From: Candidatus Sifarchaeum marinoarchaea
GTDB lineage: Archaea > Asgardarchaeota > Sifarchaeia > Borrarchaeales > Borrarchaeaceae
Direction: 5' to 3'
Length of the DNA: 38,446 nucleotides
Assembly: GCA_016294985.1 (NCBI GenBank)
Contig: JAECRW010000001.1
Location: forward strand, 1-38,446
The notes under the pieces were generated by a model, which had not been told where the DNA came from, searched no databases, and worked only from the letters and a program-made list of their open reading frames with translations. Positions 1 to 9,399 of the stretch are shown here, in pieces; within the stretch, counting starts at the first letter, position 1, and each line of letters opens with the position of its first letter. The position numbers and the translations under genes are program-made.

Positions 1-422
1 AATACTACGGGTTCAAGGTGCAAATTGTTTAGTTTAGCCATTATCGAGGATCTGCGGGCGTATAAGCCTTTTAACCGTCTGTCGCGTGTATCATGTTCCT
101 TTATTTCATTGATTTTCTTGTTAATGACTTTTAGTTGCTGTGTCATGCGTTTCCGTCGTTTTTCCAACCAGGTCTTTTGTTGTTCCAGTTTTGCTATGTT
201 GTCACTCAAGATAGTGCCAACATAGGGATTGTTATGACACAGACTCATCAAACACTGCTGGAGGGTTTTGCCCTCGCCGAAGCGTTCTGCCATATAATCC
301 TCACCATGAAACAACAGGTTATAGCAAATTCTTTTCACGCGGTTATAAATGGTGAAGATCTCATGGAGCTGGTGTTCTTGTGTCGCATCTGGATAGATTC
401 TGAATTTGATGGTCTGCATCAT
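1..422 (-). CDS. TnpB/OrfB-like (IS200/IS605-family) protein, N-terminal ~140 codons; gene continues past the left window edge
   Basis: I translated the minus strand from the ATG ATG at 422-417. It reads MMQTIKFRIYPDATQEHQLHEIFTIYNRVKRICYNLLFHGEDY...KRRKRMTQQLKVINKKINEIKEH...RLKGLYARRSSIMAKLNNLHLEPVV and stays open to position 1. It is absent from the ORF track because no stop falls inside the window. The h-x-KFRIYP-x3-Q-x3-L-x3-F-x6-N opening is the typical TnpB/OrfB N-terminus as I remember it. Confidence 0.5.
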   Translation of the reverse strand, partial: MMQTIKFRIYPDATQEHQLHEIFTIYNRVKRICYNLLFHGEDYMAERFGEGKTLQQCLMSLCHNNPYVGTILSDNIAKLEQQKTWLEKRRKRMTQQLKVINKKINEIKEHDTRDRRLKGLYARRSSIMAKLNNLHLEPVV

Positions 423-520
423 CGTGATCGACTTCTTCCATACATGTTATTCATTGTCTTTAATAAACTCCACGCGTTTAAGGCTTAAGCTGCATCACAT
501 CATATAATTCTTCATCTGTC

Positions 521-536
521 ATAGGCCACAGCCTAT
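521..536. repeat. Perfect 6-bp inverted repeat with 4-nt loop (ATAGGC-CACA-GCCTAT), ~100 nt upstream of the TnpB-like start; possible subterminal hairpin of the IS left end
   Basis: The inverted repeat is read directly from the sequence. IS200/IS605 ends carry subterminal hairpins, which is established knowledge. Assigning this one to the element end is inference. Confidence 0.25.
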
Positions 537-765
537 AAAATATTAGGAAATGACTAAATCGGAATTAAATGACAGAGAAGATAGACATTTCTTTTGGAGA
601 CAGTCTCTCCCTGTAGAAAAAGCGGAAGATTTTACTATAAATTATTTAAAGAACCCGACGATCTTTAAATCATAGATCTTTTAGGGCTAAGTAAACGTTT
701 GATTTCATATTCGAACTAAGAATAACTGAAGTTAAACGTTCTTTCAAATAATGTGAAGTGATCAG

Positions 766-900
766 ATGACATGCGATCAATATGATGCTCAAGCAGGTCT
801 TTGTAAATTGCTAGACTTTAAGTTTTATGAAGGCATGGATCGCCCATGTGAATATGTAAAAGATCCCGCAGTCTGCCCTGTAGCAAACATGAAAGGGTAG
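766..900 (+). CDS. Possible 44-aa cysteine-containing small protein
   Basis: An ATG-to-TAG frame encodes MTCDQYDAQAGLCKLLDFKFYEGMDRPCEYVKDPAVCPVANMKG (4 Cys). A T-rich run follows directly. It is below the ORF-track length cutoff and I recognise no homology. Confidence 0.25.
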   Translation: MTCDQYDAQAGLCKLLDFKFYEGMDRPCEYVKDPAVCPVANMKG

Positions 901-908
901 TCAACCTC

Positions 909-925
909 TTTTCTTTTTTATTTTT
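909..925 (+). terminator. Oligo-T tract (ttttcttttttattttt), candidate archaeal-type terminator
   Basis: The T-run lies immediately after the small ORF stop at 900. Archaeal termination at oligo-T tracts is established, but this instance is untested. Confidence 0.25.
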
Positions 926-968
926 AATATCGACTTGTAAATTCGTTTATACTTTCAGCGTATGTTTG

Positions 969-1331
969 CTATTTAATAGATTCGCGTCTTAATGCAGTTA
1001 TTCTTGGGGGAGAATGGGCATTCAATTTTAGTAATGTTTCAGTTCCAATAACTTTAAGCCCATGACACACATGAGGTGGGACTTTTATCACATAGGGAGC
1101 TTCTATGTCATATGATTCTTCCTCTACGGTCATGATTGCTTTGCCTTGTACGATATAACTGAGTTCCTCTTCTTCATGATCATGTATTTCGAAACTTGTA
1201 CCTGGTTCAGCTTGAAGTAACGAGAGTGAAACATTTTCTCCAGAAGCTAAAAGTTTGACAATTACTCCTTCTTCTTTTTTTGATCCTTTAATTTCATCAA
1301 CTTTTAATAAAACAATTTCAACTTTTCTCAT
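969..1331 (-). CDS. Cupin-domain protein
   Basis: 120 aa. GTSFEIHDHEEEELSYIVQG fits cupin motif 1 (G-x5-H-x-H-x3-E...G). PPHVCHG fits the motif 2 histidine region. Confidence 0.8.
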   Translation of the reverse strand: MRKVEIVLLKVDEIKGSKKEEGVIVKLLASGENVSLSLLQAEPGTSFEIHDHEEEELSYIVQGKAIMTVEEESYDIEAPYVIKVPPHVCHGLKVIGTETLLKLNAHSPPRITALRRESIK

Positions 1332-1346
1332 TTGTTATTTTCTCTC

Positions 1347-1916
1347 CTATCGAATCTTAAAAACGATCTTTTCATAGCCACCAACGCGATCACCTTTTTT
1401 GGCAGTCATAATTATCTTATTATCGATTATCTTGAATGAAAGCAAACTCTCCACCTCGATGATCTCAGAACCATAAGGGAAATGATATTTAATTTGGAAA
1501 TCATAAGGAGCGATCTCATCTTCCATATAGAATTCAATAGCATTATTTCCTTCTTGGAGTTTGCAGCGGATTATTATCATAAAATTGAGCTGGGGATATT
1601 CTGGTAATCCATCTTTGAATTTAAGCTCCACTTCCCTTAGTTTCATGCGTTTTTCTTCGTAGTTTACTAATACTGTATCTTGATCCAGATAGAACTGCAT
1701 ATTATCCTTTATTTTGTTCATTTCAGTATCATAGTTTTCTGATGCACACAATTTCTGATAAACGTATTCTCCATCAAGATAAGTATAAACAAGCAATTCT
1801 GTAATTCCGTTTTTACTTACGTAAAAGTCAGCTTCTGCATTCAAAGGAATTTCACTTATTTCATCAAAACCGCTTACGTCGTTTGCGTCTTCTAGAGGCG
1901 GTGGCTCTTCATCCAA
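1347..1916 (-). CDS. Hypothetical protein (acidic N-terminus, no recognised domain)
   Basis: A 189-aa ORF lies 15 nt upstream of the cupin gene on the same strand. I recognise no motif. Confidence 0.55.
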   Translation of the reverse strand: MDEEPPPLEDANDVSGFDEISEIPLNAEADFYVSKNGITELLVYTYLDGEYVYQKLCASENYDTEMNKIKDNMQFYLDQDTVLVNYEEKRMKLREVELKFKDGLPEYPQLNFMIIIRCKLQEGNNAIEFYMEDEIAPYDFQIKYHFPYGSEIIEVESLLSFKIIDNKIIMTAKKGDRVGGYEKIVFKIR

Positions 1917-2044
1917 TAAAATCTACTTCCTTTTTTGTAATGCGTTAATTTTGATATCAGAATATCTTGAATTCATTTCAGATTACTTCTTATTAAAAAA
2001 TAAGCTGTCCCGAAAACATCAATTCATGGGCCGTCGTAATAGAA

Positions 2045-3526
2045 TTAAGTAAGCGATGAAAGGAATCCCTTAAAGACATCGCCAACAGATTTTAGGAAGG
2101 TATGTTTGATTTTACTGGTATCCTCAATTTCATCTAAGCGTTTAATCCTCCAACTTAATGGTGGATGCGGATCTAAACGAATCCAATCGAGGAAAGACCA
2201 TGAAATTCCACCTTTCCTAATTAGCCGTCTGAATCCAATTTTTCTCAAACTGTTTGCCATAATTTTCGGTTCTTTAAGATACACTGCCGCCTCTAAATCA
2301 CTCTTAGCCTCAAAGAATTTGCCGATGAAAAACGTTAAACCCAGAAGTGCCATGAAATAGATAATGAATAGGCTTTGTATTATAGCCGCGATTTGTGGAA
2401 GAAAAGTCAATGCGTAGACGCGTATTATGTATTCAATTGAGAGTATGAAGAAGAGAATAAAGGGATCATGTCCTTTAAGATGACTGACTTCATGTCCAAT
2501 AACCTGGAAAAGTTCGTTTTCATCTAATTGAACTATAGCACCTGTGGTTACAAGCATTGTTCCTCTTTTCGGGCTTAGTCCTGTTGCGGCTGCATTGGCA
2601 GCCATCTTATTACTTACGACTATTGATGGAATTGCCACATTAAACTTAGAGCAAGCCTTACTAACAAGATCATATAGATTAACCGTTTTAACAATGAGGT
2701 TTTGCGGTGTACATTGGATTCCATATTTTGCAAAGACAGGGTGTGCATTATCGCAAGTAATAGGCTCTCCTACAGCTAATGTGTTGTCATAGATTTCTTT
2801 TCGGATTTTTGGGAGTTTTTTACGATGTTGTTTTCTTATTGTATCTGCTTCTTCTTCAGTCAGAGTGTATTGAAGCACTATAACTTCAGATCTATCCTTC
2901 GTAATTCGCCAATCGGACGTTCTTGCAATAAGCCTTCCAGAATACCCTACTACCAGCAATTCGGCTACAACAATCACAATCGGTGAGAGTAGCGCACTCA
3001 ATTGTTGCCCAAATAGAGCGTTAAACAGAAGGAATGTTGCTCCAGCAATTATTATGAAAAAAATAAATAAGGTTATCATGGAATCTGCAAAAAGCTTTTC
3101 AATAATACCTCTTCCATATCGTTGCGCCGTAACTTTTTGACCTGGAATAAAGGCAAGATACATCGTATACTGTCTGGCGTAGTCCTCGAAGAGTTGAATA
3201 TTAAGGAGGATATTATCTTGTATATCTTTTATTAACTCCTCAGAAATTTCCGGCGTGCTACGAGTCATAATCACATGAATTGGGCGACCTCGCTCCGTAG
3301 AGGCTTCTATGGTTACATCTATATGCTCAGATGACTTAGGTAGATACGCACTAAAGATAAGATAATACCGTTGATCAATGTTAAATCGTCGTACATGTTC
3401 TACTCTTCGAAAAGCACGAAGCACATAATAGTTCTCCAGAAATTCTGGAAGATAGCGCAGATATCCAGGCGTGGTTTCAGTAGCTACACTAAAATGAAAT
3501 TCACCTTCTTGTTGAGTGAGCGTCAT
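2045..3526 (-). CDS. Membrane-bound M48-family zinc metalloprotease (HtpX/Ste24-like) with a long N-terminal domain
   Basis: 493 aa. The HExxH motif appears in IGHEVSHLKGHD and is flanked by hydrophobic segments (FIFFIIIAGATFLLF, IIYFMALLGLTFFIG). Confidence 0.85.
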   Translation of the reverse strand: MTLTQQEGEFHFSVATETTPGYLRYLPEFLENYYVLRAFRRVEHVRRFNIDQRYYLIFSAYLPKSSEHIDVTIEASTERGRPIHVIMTRSTPEISEELIKDIQDNILLNIQLFEDYARQYTMYLAFIPGQKVTAQRYGRGIIEKLFADSMITLFIFFIIIAGATFLLFNALFGQQLSALLSPIVIVVAELLVVGYSGRLIARTSDWRITKDRSEVIVLQYTLTEEEADTIRKQHRKKLPKIRKEIYDNTLAVGEPITCDNAHPVFAKYGIQCTPQNLIVKTVNLYDLVSKACSKFNVAIPSIVVSNKMAANAAATGLSPKRGTMLVTTGAIVQLDENELFQVIGHEVSHLKGHDPFILFFILSIEYIIRVYALTFLPQIAAIIQSLFIIYFMALLGLTFFIGKFFEAKSDLEAAVYLKEPKIMANSLRKIGFRRLIRKGGISWSFLDWIRLDPHPPLSWRIKRLDEIEDTSKIKHTFLKSVGDVFKGFLSSLT

Positions 3527-3738
3527 AAAACTAGCCTCAGCTATAGTTCATAGCGATACTCATTTATAAAAGTTGCAATTGCGGCTTATCGTGGTCATTT
3601 GTCTTTTTTAATAAAATAGATTTTATGCACGTATTTTCTTTTTAGAGAATCTCTTCTCTAGGATATCTTGTCATCATAACAATTAGTGAAAGAAAAAGTT
3701 CAATCAAAAAAAGAAATTAAAAAAGGAATAAAAAGAGG

Positions 3739-5106
3739 CTATAAATCCTTAGGTGGCATTGGTATGTAGTTCTCTTTCATCAACAACTGAGTGATTTCTC
3801 TTGATTCTTTGATTATTTTTGATGCACGATCCCAGAGTTCTTGTCGTGTTCGTTTGACCCTAGCAATTCCTTGTTCCATAGCTTTTAGTGCAACAGCGGC
3901 TGCCTCACGTGGAAAGACCTCCCATTCGTCCATGTTAGGCACTATATAACCTTCGCTGAGTCCTTTATCCTCTGCTGTTTTTGCAATCTCTAGAGCAGCG
4001 GCGATAACCATTTCATCGGTAATTGTTTTCGCCTTAACATCAAGGGTTCCTCTGAAAATTCCAGGGAAGCCTAAGCTATTGTTGACTTGATTTTCGAAGT
4101 CAGATCGGCCAGTACCAACGATCCTCGCGCCTGCTTCTTTGCATTCCCATGGCCAAATTTCGGGAATTGGATTTGCACATGGGAACATGATCGCATCTGT
4201 CGCCATCGCTGCAACCCATTCTTTCTTAATTACACCAGGACCTGATTTACTCATAGCTACACAAACGTCAGTCTCTTTCATACACGCCTGCATATCGCCT
4301 TCTCGTCCTTCAGCATTAGTATTAAGGCATACCTGCCACTTGTAAGGATCTTTATCTTTGTTTGCTTCAAGATCTGATCGGTGCTTTCCAAGGATACCTT
4401 TGCGGTCGCAATACATCACGTTTTTAGGATTGATTCCAGCAGCCATCATAACTCGTCCAACAGCGATGTTTGCGGCACCAGCCCCGATCATGGATACAAG
4501 TACTTCATCCATTTTTTTACCAACAACTTTCAATGCATTTATGACTCCTGCAGTTACTATTGTTGCAGTTCCCTGTTGATCGTCATGCCAAACTGGAATT
4601 TCTACTTCTGGATCTGCTCGTAATGTATCTAAAATATAGAAGCACTTAGGCTTGGCAATATCTTCGAGGTTGATCCCGCCGAACGATGGCTGTATTAGTT
4701 TCACAACTTCTATGATCTTATCAGGATCTTTAGTATCTAGACAAAGAGGGACTGCATCAACACCGCCTAGATACTTAAAGAGCAGGGCTTTACCTTCCAT
4801 TACAGGCAATCCTGCTTTAGGACCGATATCACCAAGTCCCAAAACACGTGTTCCATCGCTTACAACGGCGACTGTATTCCATTTGTTCGTGTGTTCATAA
4901 ACCATTTCAGGATTTTTTTGAATGTCCTTACAAGGCTCAGCGACGCCAGGCGTATACCATATGGCGAAGTCATTAAAGTCCCTTATAGCACATTTTGCAA
5001 TGGTTTGAATCTTACCCTCGTAGAATGGATGGAGCACCATAGCATCTTTAGCTGGCTTATATGCCTTTTCTAATAACTCCTCAACAGTGAATTTCTTTTC
5101 AGTCAA
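3739..5106 (-). CDS. NAD(P)-dependent malic enzyme (short form)
   Basis: 455 aa. It carries the malic-enzyme signature VVSDGTRVLGLGDIGP and the dinucleotide fold MIGAGAANIAVG. Confidence 0.9.
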   Translation of the reverse strand: MTEKKFTVEELLEKAYKPAKDAMVLHPFYEGKIQTIAKCAIRDFNDFAIWYTPGVAEPCKDIQKNPEMVYEHTNKWNTVAVVSDGTRVLGLGDIGPKAGLPVMEGKALLFKYLGGVDAVPLCLDTKDPDKIIEVVKLIQPSFGGINLEDIAKPKCFYILDTLRADPEVEIPVWHDDQQGTATIVTAGVINALKVVGKKMDEVLVSMIGAGAANIAVGRVMMAAGINPKNVMYCDRKGILGKHRSDLEANKDKDPYKWQVCLNTNAEGREGDMQACMKETDVCVAMSKSGPGVIKKEWVAAMATDAIMFPCANPIPEIWPWECKEAGARIVGTGRSDFENQVNNSLGFPGIFRGTLDVKAKTITDEMVIAAALEIAKTAEDKGLSEGYIVPNMDEWEVFPREAAAVALKAMEQGIARVKRTRQELWDRASKIIKESREITQLLMKENYIPMPPKDL

Positions 5107-5230
5107 GTTTTCACCTTCTAAAAGGAAAGTATTGTAAATAACAATAGAGAGTTTTTTTTTGTAAGGTTGACTTTATAAAGGTACTCTATGATAGGAGCAG
5201 TTGTTTAATCCAGAGTCATATTTGTAGAAG

Positions 5231-6262
5231 GTGAAGGATTTGGTAACTTGCTCAGCACCTGGCAAAACCCATCTAATTGGCGAACATTCAGTCGTGTATG
5301 GAGAGCCTGCGATAATCATTTCAGTTGGAAAGCGCGCTTATGTTTCTGCTGAGAAAGCGGAAAGCGTAAAAATCTATGCACACGATATTAACGAAAGTGG
5401 AGTTTTTTCTATTTCAGAATTGAAAGAGTTTGCAGAAACGCTTCAGCAACTTTGGGCTAACTGCTTTGAAACAAAGAATTTCGTACCACTTTATTCTCTC
5501 TTAAAAAATGAGCATCTAGGTCACATTAAAGCCATGATCGCTAAGACCATGGCAGAACTCGATATTAATGCCCCTTTTAGTTTAAAAATAAGCTCAGAAC
5601 TTCCAATAGGATCTGGATTAGGATCTTCGGCAGCATTAAGTGTTGCTGTTCCAAAAGCACTGTCTGAACTCTTTAAAAACACTCTGACTTTAGATGAGAT
5701 AAATCAAGTTGCTTATAAAATAGAAAGCCTTGCTCACGGAACACCAAGTGGAGGCGACAATTCCATTTGTTGTTACGGCGGTGCGCTTTGGTTCAAAAAA
5801 GGAACTCCAAATATAATAGAGCCGCTTCATTTAGACTTTACATTGAAAAACTTTGTTTTAGTATTTACACGCATACCGCAGTTGACCACTGGAGAACTTG
5901 TTTCTAATGTGCGCTCTTTAGATCCCGAATATAGAGATCTGCGTGTAAACCAACTAGGTATGTATACTTATGAAATGAGAGAGTGTTTGGCAAAACAGGA
6001 TTTCACTAGAATGAAGGAGCTTATGAATTTAGCACAAGAACTACTTGCAGAACTTGGCGTTTCTATAGATGCAATTGACAGAATTCACACTGCTGTAAAA
6101 GAAATTAATGGCGGAGCCAAATTATCAGGTGCAGGTGGAGGCGGTTACATGGTTTGTTATCACGAAGACCTTCAACTACTCGAACAAACCATAAAGAAAT
6201 TGGGGTACGTGCCTGAGCAAGTCGAATTAGGTGTTGAAGGGGTACGTACTGAACGAAAATAA
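5231..6262 (+). CDS. mvk: Mevalonate kinase (GHMP kinase family)
   Basis: 343 aa with a GTG start. It has the N-terminal APGKTHLIGEHSVVYGEPAI and the GHMP motif PIGSGLGSSAA. Confidence 0.9.
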   Translation: MKDLVTCSAPGKTHLIGEHSVVYGEPAIIISVGKRAYVSAEKAESVKIYAHDINESGVFSISELKEFAETLQQLWANCFETKNFVPLYSLLKNEHLGHIKAMIAKTMAELDINAPFSLKISSELPIGSGLGSSAALSVAVPKALSELFKNTLTLDEINQVAYKIESLAHGTPSGGDNSICCYGGALWFKKGTPNIIEPLHLDFTLKNFVLVFTRIPQLTTGELVSNVRSLDPEYRDLRVNQLGMYTYEMRECLAKQDFTRMKELMNLAQELLAELGVSIDAIDRIHTAVKEINGGAKLSGAGGGGYMVCYHEDLQLLEQTIKKLGYVPEQVELGVEGVRTERK

Positions 6263-6297
6263 TTTGAGTGGTAATATAAAACCAGAGGAGGCACTCT

Positions 6298-6984
6298 TTG
6301 AAAATTTCTCTTTTAGAAATCGTTGTAACAGTTGTATTCCTGATTTGGGGTTTATTTGTGGTAAATATTCTAACAAAGTACCTTTATGGGTGTATGGAAA
6401 ACAGAGGCTTTGAGCACAATGTTGCAGTCTACTATAATCGGAAAGTTATCCATATATTGGCTGGGGGCTTAATAGCCGCATTGGTTCCCTTTTTTTATCA
6501 AACACCATTGCTACCGTTTATTTTTGCTCTACTATTAGCTGTTTATACGTACGTGCCTCATAAAACTGGTAATCTCATGTGGTGGTTTCAGACAGAAGAT
6601 AACATATATGAGTGTACATTTGCTTTTATGTGGGGTGTGGTACTTACGCTTGGATGGATAGTTTCTGGAGGCAATTTCTGGTTCGGAGTGTTACCTATAC
6701 TCTTCATGGCAGTGGGTGACGCGGTTACAGGACTTGTAAGAAACGCTCTATACAAACGGAGAACAAAATCTTGGTGGGGAAACTTAGCTATGGCTGCATT
6801 TTCAATACCTGCAGGAGTTATATTAGGAATCGCAGGAGTTCTTGCTGGAGCAATCGTTTCAGTGGTAGAACATTTCGAATTTGGTCCCATTGACGATAAC
6901 ATCACTGTACCATCAATATCTTTTCTGATACTTGTTATAGCCAATTTTTATGCGCCTTGGCTGCTAACCTTTCAATTATCCTAA
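6298..6984 (+). CDS. Polytopic membrane protein, possibly a CTP-dependent polyprenol (dolichol/phytol) kinase-family member
   Basis: 228 aa with a TTG start and about 6 hydrophobic segments. AVGDAVTGLVRNALYKRRTKSWWGNLAMAAF resembles the GD-x-[LV]-x3-[VI]-[GR]...KS-x2-G-x3-M core of phytol/dolichol kinases as I recall it. The function is tentative. Confidence 0.55.
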   Translation: MKISLLEIVVTVVFLIWGLFVVNILTKYLYGCMENRGFEHNVAVYYNRKVIHILAGGLIAALVPFFYQTPLLPFIFALLLAVYTYVPHKTGNLMWWFQTEDNIYECTFAFMWGVVLTLGWIVSGGNFWFGVLPILFMAVGDAVTGLVRNALYKRRTKSWWGNLAMAAFSIPAGVILGIAGVLAGAIVSVVEHFEFGPIDDNITVPSISFLILVIANFYAPWLLTFQLS

Positions 6985-7136
6985 AACCACTCAGCTTAGT
7001 GCAGTTTAACGAGTGTTCTATTGACTGGACACGCTTATATACTTCTTATTCTTAATTCCTATTATAGCATTTCTTAATGTTTCGCGAAGACTGATCAGTT
7101 GTATTTATTGCAAATATTCATCTTTATTTGCCTTAA

Positions 7137-8501
7137 TTGGAAGCGGCTATTATGAGCAGAATTAAAACTTCACTAGAAGAACATCTGAAATTCTGGTTGA
7201 TTGAAAACAAAGATACTGCTATAAGAATTCTGAAATGGTTAGCACTAGCTAGCCTCATCGGATTCCTCGTAGGACTCGTTACTGTAATTTTCCAAATTGG
7301 TTTAATTGAATCTATCGGAATTCTTGGATCTGTGAAGGTATTATGGGTACTTTTTTTTCTCCCACCCCTAGGACTATTTCTTAGTGGACTTTTGACTGGA
7401 TATGTCGCACCAGAAGCGCGCGGGAGCGGGGCGAGTGAAATTATTAAGGCTTACCACGAGCGAGCGACAACTCGAATTAGAGTTATATTTACTAAACTTA
7501 TTGCAAGCATTATCACCATAACGTTCGGTGGGTCAGCAGGACGTGAAGGTCCTGTAATTCAAATGGGAGGTTCTATTAGTACAAATACAGGGAAAAAACT
7601 TGGCGTTAGTTTTGCAGATAGAAGAATCCTGACTCTATGTGGTATGAGTGCCGCCTTCTCAACTGTTTTTCTTTCTCCTCTTGCGGGAGCACTCTTTTCA
7701 TGCGAAGTTGTATTTAGAGATGATCTTGAGTATTATGGTCTACTCCCGGCATCAGTTTCAAGTCTTGTCGGATTCATAACACGTCGATTGTTGCTTCCTG
7801 AGCGCTTAATCTTTGTAACGATCCCAGAATACGCTTTTGAGCCAATCCATATTCTTTATTTTCTAGTATTAGGTGTATGTTGCGGCCTTGTAGGCTCAGT
7901 CTACATAAAGATTTTACATCACCTTGATGAACTTTTTTTGCGATGGGATCGCCCTGAATATATTAGAACGCTGGTAGGTGGCGTACTAACAAGTTTCATA
8001 GCCTTAGCGTTGTGTATCCTGAGTGTTCTTTCTAACCTTGATTTTTCAGAGGGATTTCGTATTTACAGTCTGGGTTGGGAAACCATTAACTTGCTTATTG
8101 AATCGCCGCTTTATTTTCCACTCGTTTTCTTGATGTTCCTGCTGATTGCAAAGATTCTTGCCACTGCAGCGACCATTGGCACTGGTGGTTCGGGAGGTAT
8201 TGTTTCTCCTTCGTTATTTATTGGTGCCGTTTTAGGCGTGTTAATAGGTGTTTTTCTGGGTTTTAATCCCGGTGTGATGGCAATCGTAGGGGCTGTATGC
8301 CTTTTCGCTGCTATAGCGCATATTCCTATCACAGGAACGCTTATGTGTGGTGAAATATTTGGTTTTGAATTTATTATTCCTGCCATTCTCGTGGGTGTTA
8401 TAGGCTCATGGATTCAGAGAGAGGATAGTATTTACAGAACGACTCTTATTAGCCGAAGAAAACCTTTAAAAGTCGCTCACAAATACCGCATAATTAAGTG
8501 A
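7137..8501 (+). CDS. ClC-family voltage-gated chloride channel/transporter
   Basis: 454 aa. ClC selectivity motifs are present: RGSGASEI, GREGPVIQ and SPLAGALFSCEV. The track starts at a TTG; an in-frame ATG at 7152 is an alternative start. Confidence 0.9.
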   Translation: MEAAIMSRIKTSLEEHLKFWLIENKDTAIRILKWLALASLIGFLVGLVTVIFQIGLIESIGILGSVKVLWVLFFLPPLGLFLSGLLTGYVAPEARGSGASEIIKAYHERATTRIRVIFTKLIASIITITFGGSAGREGPVIQMGGSISTNTGKKLGVSFADRRILTLCGMSAAFSTVFLSPLAGALFSCEVVFRDDLEYYGLLPASVSSLVGFITRRLLLPERLIFVTIPEYAFEPIHILYFLVLGVCCGLVGSVYIKILHHLDELFLRWDRPEYIRTLVGGVLTSFIALALCILSVLSNLDFSEGFRIYSLGWETINLLIESPLYFPLVFLMFLLIAKILATAATIGTGGSGGIVSPSLFIGAVLGVLIGVFLGFNPGVMAIVGAVCLFAAIAHIPITGTLMCGEIFGFEFIIPAILVGVIGSWIQREDSIYRTTLISRRKPLKVAHKYRIIK

Positions 8502-8525
8502 TTCTCATAGAGAATAATTCAGGGT

Positions 8526-9218
8526 TTGATTGGCTTAGAAGGGGTTACAACTGATATAATCACTTTAAACATTGGAGGGTCTAAAATTAGAGTGTTAATA
8601 GTTGGAGGAGGAAGAGTTGGACAAGAAACCGCAAAGATACTTACTGCAGGAAAAAAACACAAAGTGACTCTTATAGAAAAGGACATGCAAAGATGTGAGA
8701 TTCTCTCTGAGGGCCTAGGACACGAAATCTTTTGTGGTGATGGCACGGTGCCTCATATTTTAGAAGAAGTAGGAATACAAAATACGCAAATTTTTTTGGC
8801 AGTCACTGATGATGATAGAATCAACGTTTTATGTGCAATGTTAGCGAAATCTTTTGACGTCCCCTCTATTTATGCAAGAATAAAGGACCCTAAATGGATT
8901 GAAGCATGTGAAAGACTTGGAATTGATGTTATTGATCCTGCACAAATAATGGCTTATAATATAGATGCAAGAATTAGAGGTGATACCTTTCTAGAATTTC
9001 TTGAGGAAATTACCCGGGATGCTGAATTCAAAATGATTCGAATATCTCCTGATACACAAAATGAGCAGAATGTCATTGATTTTGAAAAAGAACGCCATAT
9101 TCATGTTATTGGAATAATGAGAAAAGGCGCTTTTATTGTATCTACCACTGAGGAAACAATTAAACCAAATGACACGGTAGCCTGTTTAAATCGGCGAAAA
9201 GGCATCCATCTATTCTAA
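8526..9218 (+). CDS. trkA: TrkA-type K+ transport regulatory protein (RCK: TrkA-N Rossmann + TrkA-C)
   Basis: 230 aa. It has the Rossmann motif VLIVGGGRVGQETAKIL, and the C-terminal half is TrkA-C-like. The TTG start is uncertain. Confidence 0.85.
   Translation: MIGLEGVTTDIITLNIGGSKIRVLIVGGGRVGQETAKILTAGKKHKVTLIEKDMQRCEILSEGLGHEIFCGDGTVPHILEEVGIQNTQIFLAVTDDDRINVLCAMLAKSFDVPSIYARIKDPKWIEACERLGIDVIDPAQIMAYNIDARIRGDTFLEFLEEITRDAEFKMIRISPDTQNEQNVIDFEKERHIHVIGIMRKGAFIVSTTEETIKPNDTVACLNRRKGIHLF
8859..9218 (+). repeat. Copy 1 of a 360-nt direct duplication (TrkA C-terminal 119 codons + stop)
   Basis: It aligns colinearly, without gaps, to 10944-11303. By my count about 22 of 119 residues differ. 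Confidence 0.85.
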
Positions 9219-9399
9219 TAGCCGCCATTGTTGAGGTTAGTTTTCTATTTCAGAAATTAATCTTGATGGAATAATTGCTTTCTTATAACTAAAGAGCGAA
9301 AAGGCCGCCTTCCAAATAGCTGGCTGAAGCACGTTTCCCATAAAATATTATGCTAACTTCTACAAACGAAAAATAATATAACTTAAATTTCTCTGGCAC

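Noticed and set aside
25-488. Plus-strand ORFs 25..225 and 135..488
   Set aside because: They are antisense shadows of the longer minus-strand TnpB-like frame, which has a recognisable N-terminal motif. The plus-strand peptides are low-complexity with no motif.
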